A stretch of 13,761 nucleotides of DNA from Bdellovibrionales bacterium (lineage in GTDB: Bacteria; Bdellovibrionota; Bdellovibrionia; Bdellovibrionales; UBA840), in contig JBBKWS010000180.1 in NCBI GenBank assembly GCA_037969075.1, forward strand, positions 1 through 13,761. The letters run 5' to 3'. Position numbers and translations under genes: made by a program. Shown one piece after another: positions 7,509 to 13,761 of the stretch (positions within the stretch are counted from its first letter, which is position 1; every line of letters begins with the position of its first letter). The notes beneath the pieces are model-generated. The model was not told the DNA's origin. It saw only the letters and a program-made list of their open reading frames with translations, and searched no databases.

Positions 7509-7566
7509 CCCCTAGGTTGGTTAGTTAATCTAAGTACTAAACAGATTACTTAACAACGACCAGGGG
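7509..7566 (-). promoter_or_regulatory. Imperfect ~20-bp hairpin in the leader of the 123-aa gene that pairs its SD sequence
   Basis: Minus-strand RNA CCCCUGG-UC-GUUG-UUAAG-UAAUCU-(11-nt loop)-AGAUUA-ACUAA-C-CAAC-CUAGGGG-AAUUU-AUG. CCCCU pairs with the SD AGGGG. Confidence 0.5.
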
Positions 7567-7588
7567 ATAATTAAAAAATGTAATTATC
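7566..7588. promoter_or_regulatory. Operator-like inverted repeat
   Basis: GATAATTA-N7-TAATTATC with perfect 8-bp arms, containing a T-N11-A core, located between the pepA stop and the 123-aa gene leader. Confidence 0.4.
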
Positions 7589-7603
7589 ACATGCTTTAAA
7601 TGT

Positions 7604-9082
7604 CTAAGCCTTCCATTTTTTAGCAATTTCTACGAACGTACGAACCATGCAGCCACTAGCCCCGCCGCGAATGTAATTTAGCCTGTTCCCAACTGACCAC
7701 GCAGTGCCCGCAATATCAAAGTGAGCATAGGGAATTTCTTCAGGTACGAATTCTTTTAAAAATCCAGCCGCTTGCGCGCTGCCCGCTTTTCTTGATGGAG
7801 TTCCCATATTATTTAAATCAGAATACGTTCCTTTCATATCACTCATGTGTTCTTGTAGGACAGGCATTCTCCAAACTAACTCTCCACAATCACCAGCGGC
7901 ATCGTTAACTTTTTTAGCCAGCTTATCATTTGAAGTGTAAAAGCCTGTGTGTAAATCTCCAAGCGCAACAACCATCGCACCAGTTAGTGTAGCGGCATCA
8001 ATAATTGCTGCTGGTTTTTTCTCAGAGGCGTAACATAAAAGATCAGCTAAAACCAATCTGCCTTCGGCATCCGTGTTGCTTACTTCTACCGTCTTACCAT
8101 TTCTTGCTGTGTGCACATCTCCTGGCTTCGTGGCAGATCCGTTCACCATATTCTCTGTACAGCCAACCATTGCGAAGCAATTTACCTTTAAGCCAAGCTT
8201 TGCAATGGCTATCATTGTAGCTAGAACATTGGCTCCTCCGCACATATCGTATTTCATTTCTTCCATGCCACCAGATGGTTTAATTGAAACCCCGCCGCAG
8301 TCAAAAGTTAATCCCTTGCCGATGTAAGCAATGGGTTTTTGAGACTTTCCTGCACCATTATACTCTAAATGAATTACTCTTGGTGGTTGGTCGCTACCTT
8401 GAGCCACTCCTAGCATAAGACCGAAATTTTCTTTTTTTATTCTAGTCTCATCCCAAATTTGTACCTTTAATTTTGTGCCCTTAGCTTTTTCTTGAGCGCG
8501 CTTGGCAAAAACAGTTGGAGTAAGTAAATTGGCTGGCATGTCTCCAAGATTTCTAGCAAAATTTGCGGCATCAGCTATTATCTGGCCTTGCTTAAAACCG
8601 GCGGCAAAAGTTTTTGAACCCATCACTTGCAAGCTAGGAAGTTCTTTTGGTTTAGATTTTAAATCATTAAACAGGTAGCCAGCTAATTCGACCGCTTCGG
8701 CTGTAATAGATCCTGTGACCTCTTCTTTTGAAAATAATTTTTGTAGAGAGTCTTTGCAGATAAAACTTTGCATGATTTTTTCAGATTCAAGACGACGATA
8801 TGCTGCGCCTATAACTCGTCTAAAGTCTTCTTGAGTAAGTTCTTTACCTTTGCCTAGCCCAGCAAAAATCAAAGTGTTTACGTTGCCTTCGTTCCACTCA
8901 CGAATGACAAAGATGTCATTTTTAGTTGCAGCATGAGATTTCGCTTTTTCTAGCTCGCCTAAAGTCCTGATAGCGACGGCATTTTTTGAGTTAGTTTTTA
9001 TTTTCCCTTTAGAATCTAGGTAGGTAAAGGCGATCATGGTCTTAATGTGTTTAGTATCTATCTTGGCAACTAACTCGATCAT
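7604..9082 (-). CDS. pepA: Leucyl aminopeptidase, peptidase M17 family
   Basis: Metal-binding and catalytic motifs IGKGLTFDCGG, MKYDMCGG, VEVSNTDAEGRLVLAD, DAATLTGA and HFDIAGTAW. Start moved from 9133 to ATG 9082 (SD GGAG at 9093-9090), giving 492 aa. Confidence 0.95.
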   Translation of the reverse strand: MIELVAKIDTKHIKTMIAFTYLDSKGKIKTNSKNAVAIRTLGELEKAKSHAATKNDIFVIREWNEGNVNTLIFAGLGKGKELTQEDFRRVIGAAYRRLESEKIMQSFICKDSLQKLFSKEEVTGSITAEAVELAGYLFNDLKSKPKELPSLQVMGSKTFAAGFKQGQIIADAANFARNLGDMPANLLTPTVFAKRAQEKAKGTKLKVQIWDETRIKKENFGLMLGVAQGSDQPPRVIHLEYNGAGKSQKPIAYIGKGLTFDCGGVSIKPSGGMEEMKYDMCGGANVLATMIAIAKLGLKVNCFAMVGCTENMVNGSATKPGDVHTARNGKTVEVSNTDAEGRLVLADLLCYASEKKPAAIIDAATLTGAMVVALGDLHTGFYTSNDKLAKKVNDAAGDCGELVWRMPVLQEHMSDMKGTYSDLNNMGTPSRKAGSAQAAGFLKEFVPEEIPYAHFDIAGTAWSVGNRLNYIRGGASGCMVRTFVEIAKKWKA

Positions 9083-9173
9083 AGTGTGACTCCGCGCAAA
9101 AAATAAGTGTTTGAATGCAGCAATATAACACAAAGTATGGCCTGACAGTAGAAAAAACTATGTGGAAATAAAT

Positions 9174-9200
9174 TTGACACCCTATAAAATGAACCCATAT
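9174..9200 (+). promoter_or_regulatory. Putative sigma32 (RpoH)-like heat-shock promoter for clpP-clpX-lon
   Basis: TTGACA-N13-ACCCATAT compared with the consensus TTGAAA-N13/14-CCCCATNT; about 100 nt upstream of clpP. Confidence 0.45.
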
Positions 9201-9258
9201 TGAGTAGAAGGCCTATCCTTTTGCCAGTCTAAATTATTTATAAGTTTTGCAAAGGGTA

Positions 9259-9287
9259 TTGTACCGCTATTTTGTACGGCATATACT
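9259..9287 (+). promoter_or_regulatory. Putative sigma70-type promoter proximal to clpP
   Basis: TTGTAC-N17-TATACT. It would give a very short leader starting near the SD AGGAG (9294-9298). Confidence 0.3.
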
Positions 9288-9303
9288 GAAGGCAGGAGAA
9301 TTT

Positions 9304-9912
9304 ATGTCAACATTGATACCCATGGTCGTAGAGCAAACAGCAAGAGGCGAGAGAAGTTACGATTTATACTCGCGCCTTATGAAGGATCGCATTATTTTTA
9401 TCGGTGGACCTGTCACCGATCAGATGGCCAATGTGGTTATCGCCCAACTCTTGTTTTTAGAAATGGAAAATCCAGAGAAAGATATACATATCTATGTTAA
9501 CTCTCCGGGTGGCAGTGTAACTGCGGGAATGGCCATTTATGATTTAATGCAGTTTGTAAAACCAGATGTTGCTACTTACTGTACAGGATTAGCGGCAAGT
9601 ATGGGAAGCCTGCTATTAACTGCAGGTGCAAAAGGTAAAAGATATGTAATGCCACATAGTAAAATCCTAATTCATCAGCCACTAATTGCTGGCGGGGGAT
9701 TAAGTGGCCAAGCGAGTGATATCGAGATTCATGCAAAAGACATCATTGATACTAAAAGAATGCTTACCGATATTTACGTACAGCATACGAATAAAAAATT
9801 TGAAGATCTAGACAGAGCTATGGACCGCGACAATATTATGAGCCCAGAGAAAGCTAAAGAGTGGGGATTGGTAGATCATATAGTTGCATTTAGAAAGGCG
9901 ATTAAAGAATGA
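9304..9912 (+). CDS. clpP: ATP-dependent Clp protease proteolytic subunit
   Basis: [39 protein letters not shown]; catalytic Ser in GLAASMGS, His in ILIHQP and Asp in DRDNIMS. Start moved from TTG 9247 to ATG 9304 (SD AGGAG), giving 202 aa. Confidence 0.98.
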   Translation: MSTLIPMVVEQTARGERSYDLYSRLMKDRIIFIGGPVTDQMANVVIAQLLFLEMENPEKDIHIYVNSPGGSVTAGMAIYDLMQFVKPDVATYCTGLAASMGSLLLTAGAKGKRYVMPHSKILIHQPLIAGGGLSGQASDIEIHAKDIIDTKRMLTDIYVQHTNKKFEDLDRAMDRDNIMSPEKAKEWGLVDHIVAFRKAIKE

Positions 9913-11198
9913 GTAAAAAAGACACATTAAGCAATTTAAACTGTAGTTTCTGTGGTAAGTCGCAGAAAGAGGTGAAAAAGCTAATCGCTGGGCCGGGTGT
10001 ATACATTTGTGATGAGTGTATTGATCTTTGTACTGATATTATTGAAGAAGAAAAGGATAGAGAGACTACGTCCAAGGATGGCAGTTTTAAAGTCCCTCGC
10101 CCTATAGATATTAAAATACTTTTAGATGATTACATTATTGGTCAAGATAGAGCTAAAAAATCTCTATCTGTTGCTGTCCATAATCACTATAAACGTATTA
10201 CTACAAAAAACAAAAAAGACGATGTTGAGCTAGCTAAATCAAACGTATTATTAGTTGGGCCAACAGGTAGCGGTAAAACACTATTGGCTCAAACGATTGC
10301 AAAGTCTTTAAATGTTCCATTTGCTATGGCAGATGCAACGACGTTAACTGAGGCTGGTTATGTTGGTGAAGATGTAGAGAACGTAGTTCTTAACTTACTT
10401 CAGTCAGCTGATTATGATGTTGAAAAGTGTGAGCGCGGAATTATCTATATTGATGAAATTGATAAAATTAGCCGCAAATCAGAAAATCCTTCCATCACAA
10501 GAGATGTGAGCGGTGAAGGTGTGCAGCAAGCACTGTTGAAAATTTTAGAAGGAACGGTTGCTAACTTACCTCCTAAGGGTGGAAGAAAACATCCGCAGCA
10601 AGAGTTTATTCAAGTAAACACAGCCAATATTTTATTCATTTGTGGTGGTGCGTTTTCAGGACTCGAAAAAGTAATTGAAAACCGCATGGTTTCAAAATCC
10701 ATGGGGATAGCTGCAGAAATCAAGGCTTCTAAAGATACAGAAGTTAATATATTGCAAAGTGTGCTTCCAGATGATTTGGTTCGATTTGGGTTAATTCCTG
10801 AGTTCATCGGCAGATTACCAGTAATTTCTGTGCTAGATCCATTAACCGAAGAAGCTCTTTTAGAGATCTTAATTAAACCTAAGAACGCGCTTACGCGCCA
10901 ATATCAAAAACTTTTTGGTATGGATAATGTTAAATTAACGTTTACTGAAGGTGCTTTGAAGGCAATTGCTAAAGAATCCATCAAGCGTAAAACGGGAGCA
11001 CGTGGTTTGCGAGCGGTGATTGAGGATTCTATGCTAGATATTATGTTTGATATTCCTTCCAAACCACACGTTAAAGAGTGTATTATAGACGAAGAAGTTG
11101 TACTTAACAAAAAAGTACCTAAGATAACATATAAGACGGATGATGAAATAAAAGCATCTGAAGTTGAGCTTAAAAAAACAGATTCTGAGAGTGCATAA
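9909..11198 (+). CDS. clpX: ATP-dependent Clp protease ATP-binding subunit ClpX
   Basis: 429 aa. Zinc-binding domain CSFCGK...ICDECIDLC; Walker A GPTGSGKT; pore loop GYVG; Walker [13 protein letters not shown] loop; sensor II GARGLR. ATGA overlap with clpP. Confidence 0.99.
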   Translation: MSKKDTLSNLNCSFCGKSQKEVKKLIAGPGVYICDECIDLCTDIIEEEKDRETTSKDGSFKVPRPIDIKILLDDYIIGQDRAKKSLSVAVHNHYKRITTKNKKDDVELAKSNVLLVGPTGSGKTLLAQTIAKSLNVPFAMADATTLTEAGYVGEDVENVVLNLLQSADYDVEKCERGIIYIDEIDKISRKSENPSITRDVSGEGVQQALLKILEGTVANLPPKGGRKHPQQEFIQVNTANILFICGGAFSGLEKVIENRMVSKSMGIAAEIKASKDTEVNILQSVLPDDLVRFGLIPEFIGRLPVISVLDPLTEEALLEILIKPKNALTRQYQKLFGMDNVKLTFTEGALKAIAKESIKRKTGARGLRAVIEDSMLDIMFDIPSKPHVKECIIDEEVVLNKKVPKITYKTDDEIKASEVELKKTDSESA

Positions 11199-11220
11199 AT
11201 ACTATTAACGAGGAGAGTGT

Positions 11221-13698
11221 ATGAGTGATGCTAAGAGTGGAGAAAAGTTAACGTTACCGTTACTACCACTGCGCGACCTTATTGTGTTTCCACACATGAT
11301 GATGCCATTATTTGTAGGACGCGAAAAATCAATCAATGCTCTCGAAGAGGCGATGAATCGCAAAAGCGAAATTATATTAGTTGCCCAAAGAGATGCTAAA
11401 ACTAACAACCCAGAGCCTGCGGATATTTATAATGTCGGTACATTAGGTACAATCATACAACTATTGCGTCTACCAGATGGAACAGTGAAAGTTTTGATTG
11501 AGGGTAAATCTCGAGTTAAGATTTTAAAATATCTAGAAACAGACCGTTATTTTAATGTTGAAGCTGAAATTTTGCCAGAGAGCTCGCAAAATAAAGTTGA
11601 AGCCAATGCATTAATGAGATCCGTAAAGTCTACGTTTGAAACTTACGTAAAATTAAATAAGCGTATACCTCCTGAAATTTTGATGCGCGTATCCACTATT
11701 GAAAACCCAGGGGAACTTGCAGATATCATTATCGCTCAATTAAATTTAAAAATTGAAGATAAACAGGCGACTCTTGAGATTTCTGATTCAGCGAAGCGTC
11801 TTGAAGAGCTTTTAAATTTAATGACGGGTGAGATTGAAATTTTAGAAGTCGAGAAGCGCATTCGTACTCGTGTGAAAAAACAAATGGAAAAGTCGCAAAA
11901 AGAATACTATTTGAATGAGCAAATGCAGGCCATTCAAAAAGAGCTTGGTGAGCGTGATGATTTCCAAAGTGAAATCAACGAAATGGAAGAGCGTCTTGCT
12001 AAGAAAAAAATGAGCAAAGAAGCTACTGAAAAAGTTAAAAAAGAAATCAAGAAACTTCGTATGATGTCTCCGATGAGTGCTGAGGCAACTGTAGTTAGAA
12101 ACTACATTGACTGGGTGTTGTCACTTCCTTGGTCGAATTACTCAGAGGTTACTAATGACATCATAATGGCAGAAGAAATTTTAGATGAAGATCATTACGG
12201 CTTAGAAAAAGTAAAAGAAAGAATATTAGAGTATTTAGCTGTGCAAAGTATTGCTAAAGAACTTAAGGGACCGATTTTATGTTTAGTCGGCCCTCCTGGT
12301 GTTGGTAAAACTTCACTGGCGAAATCTATTGCAAAATCCTTAGACCGTAGTTTTGTTCGTATATCTTTAGGTGGTGTGCGTGATGAAGCTGAGATAAGAG
12401 GTCATCGTAAGACGTACGTTGGGGCAATGCCAGGTAAAATAATTCAGGCCTTAAAAAAGGCTGAAACCGGAAACCCTCTATTTCTACTAGATGAAATAGA
12501 TAAAATGGCGTCTGATTTTAGGGGTGATCCAGCATCGGCTATGCTTGAAGTTTTAGATCCTGAACAAAACTCTACATTTCAAGATCATTACCTTGAGTTA
12601 GATTACGACTTATCTAAAATTATGTTTGTAACTACGGCGAACTCTTACCATACAATTCCTCGCCCACTTTTAGATCGTATGGAAGTGATTCAACTGAGTT
12701 CTTACACCGAAAAAGAAAAAATGAACATCGCTACTCAGTACTTAGTTCCTAAGAAACTGAAGGAGCATGCTCTAGCAGAGAGAAAGGTTCAAATTAACGA
12801 AGCTGCAGTGAGAATGGTGGTTAGACACTATACGCGTGAAGCAGGTGTTCGTAACTTAGAGAGAACGTTTGCGACAATTTGTAGAAAAGTGGCAAGGTTC
12901 ATTTTAAAAGAAGAACAAGTTAAGATTTCTAAGAAAAAAGCTAAGGTAAAAGAAACTGATAGAAAAGTAACTCTAAAAAAGACATCAAAGGGGTATCTTA
13001 TTACTCCAAAAATTGTTGAAGAATTACTAGGGCCACAAATTTATAAGTGGGGCAAGATCGATGATAAAAACGGAGTTGGTTTAACCAATGGCTTGGCTTG
13101 GACAGAAGTGGGCGGAGATTTATTACAAGTCGAAGTTTCAGTTGTTCCAGGTAAGGGCAAGTTTATTATCACAGGTCAGTTAGGCGATGTAATGAAAGAG
13201 TCTGCAACAGCAGCTATGAGTTATGTAAGATCACGTGGTCCATTATTTCAAATTGCTCCAGAGGCGTTTCAAAATATGGATGTGCATATACATGTACCAG
13301 AGGGATCTATTCCAAAAGATGGCCCATCAGCTGGTATCACGATTACTACAAGTGTAGTTTCTGCGATTACTAAGATTCCTGTTAAGAGAACAGTGGCAAT
13401 GACTGGCGAGGTATCACTGAGAGGCCGTGTGCTTCCAATTGGTGGCTTAAAAGAGAAGATCATTGCAGCTCACAGAGCTGGAATTAAAACTATTATTGTC
13501 CCTAAGGAGAATGAAAAAGATTTAGACGAGGTTCCGAAAGAGATTTTAAAAGATTTAAAAATCATCTTAGTAACTCATGTAGATCAAGTTTTGATCAACG
13601 CACTTGATATCAAAAAAGCGACGGATTTGTTTAAATCAAATTACGAGCGCGAAACTGGTATCAGAGCGCAGTATACTGGTCAGAGCATGCATCACTAG
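11221..13698 (+). CDS. lon: Lon (endopeptidase La, LonA)
   Basis: 825 aa. N-domain [13 protein letters not shown]; Walker [12 protein letters not shown] pore loop; Walker B FLLDEIDK; catalytic Ser in PKDGPSAG and Lys in IGGLKEK. SD GAGGAG at 11210-11215. Confidence 0.99.
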   Translation: MSDAKSGEKLTLPLLPLRDLIVFPHMMMPLFVGREKSINALEEAMNRKSEIILVAQRDAKTNNPEPADIYNVGTLGTIIQLLRLPDGTVKVLIEGKSRVKILKYLETDRYFNVEAEILPESSQNKVEANALMRSVKSTFETYVKLNKRIPPEILMRVSTIENPGELADIIIAQLNLKIEDKQATLEISDSAKRLEELLNLMTGEIEILEVEKRIRTRVKKQMEKSQKEYYLNEQMQAIQKELGERDDFQSEINEMEERLAKKKMSKEATEKVKKEIKKLRMMSPMSAEATVVRNYIDWVLSLPWSNYSEVTNDIIMAEEILDEDHYGLEKVKERILEYLAVQSIAKELKGPILCLVGPPGVGKTSLAKSIAKSLDRSFVRISLGGVRDEAEIRGHRKTYVGAMPGKIIQALKKAETGNPLFLLDEIDKMASDFRGDPASAMLEVLDPEQNSTFQDHYLELDYDLSKIMFVTTANSYHTIPRPLLDRMEVIQLSSYTEKEKMNIATQYLVPKKLKEHALAERKVQINEAAVRMVVRHYTREAGVRNLERTFATICRKVARFILKEEQVKISKKKAKVKETDRKVTLKKTSKGYLITPKIVEELLGPQIYKWGKIDDKNGVGLTNGLAWTEVGGDLLQVEVSVVPGKGKFIITGQLGDVMKESATAAMSYVRSRGPLFQIAPEAFQNMDVHIHVPEGSIPKDGPSAGITITTSVVSAITKIPVKRTVAMTGEVSLRGRVLPIGGLKEKIIAAHRAGIKTIIVPKENEKDLDEVPKEILKDLKIILVTHVDQVLINALDIKKATDLFKSNYERETGIRAQYTGQSMHH

Positions 13699-13726
13699 TA
13701 GCGAGTATTTAAAATTGTATTGAAGT

Positions 13727-13755
13727 AAAAGGAGACCTTAGGGTCTCCTTTTTTT
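13727..13755 (+). terminator. Intrinsic terminator of the clpP-clpX-lon operon
   Basis: AAAA-GGAGACC-TTAG-GGTCTCC-TTTTTTT: a perfect 7-bp stem followed by a T7 tract, about 30 nt after the lon stop. Confidence 0.92.
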
Positions 13756-13761
13756 ATCTGC

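Noticed and set aside
9083..9303. Extended N-termini of pepA (9133) and clpP (9247)
   Set aside because: The downstream ATGs at 9082 and 9304 have clear SD sequences, the clpP one matches the family N-terminus, and the extensions run through promoter-like DNA.
476..13463. Short alternative ORFs (476-664, 863-1066, 2069-2290, 2418-2753, 3502-3735, 4175-4402, 5567-5755, 6744-7034, 7158-7340, 8005-8220, 8073-8327, 10610-10807, 10904-11110, 11205-11408, 13269-13463)
   Set aside because: They lie antisense to or out of frame within well-supported genes and show no recognisable motifs, so they look like shadow ORFs.
1..13761. CRISPR array, IS element, prophage or defence system
   Set aside because: I saw no regularly spaced repeats, transposase, integrase, phage or nuclease-like ORFs, and all intergenic gaps are short.

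Overview
AT-rich, gene-dense bacterial chromosomal window centred on protein quality control. It contains tig (minus strand, with a terminator) and a divergent five-gene operon in which every neighbour overlaps: two ArsA/Get3-family ATPases resembling mycobacterial Rv3679/Rv3680 (BagA/BagB), a TPR lipoprotein, an EI24/CysZ-like membrane protein and an ATP-grasp-type glutamate-cysteine ligase (gshA). These are followed by two convergent hypothetical exported proteins, M17 leucyl aminopeptidase (pepA, minus strand) and clpP-clpX-lon with a terminal intrinsic terminator. Gene content and protein style suggest a Bdellovibrionota or other former-deltaproteobacterial organism (inference from recall, not searched). 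I found no rRNA, tRNA, CRISPR array or mobile element. The best candidate for an undescribed system is the Get3-like ATPase pair, which has complementary active-site defects, is coupled to a lipoprotein, a membrane protein and gshA, and has no arsenic-resistance genes beside it. Other notable points are the split and inverted tig/clpPX-lon cluster, a long hairpin covering a Shine-Dalgarno sequence, operator-like palindromes and a sigma32-like promoter before clpP.
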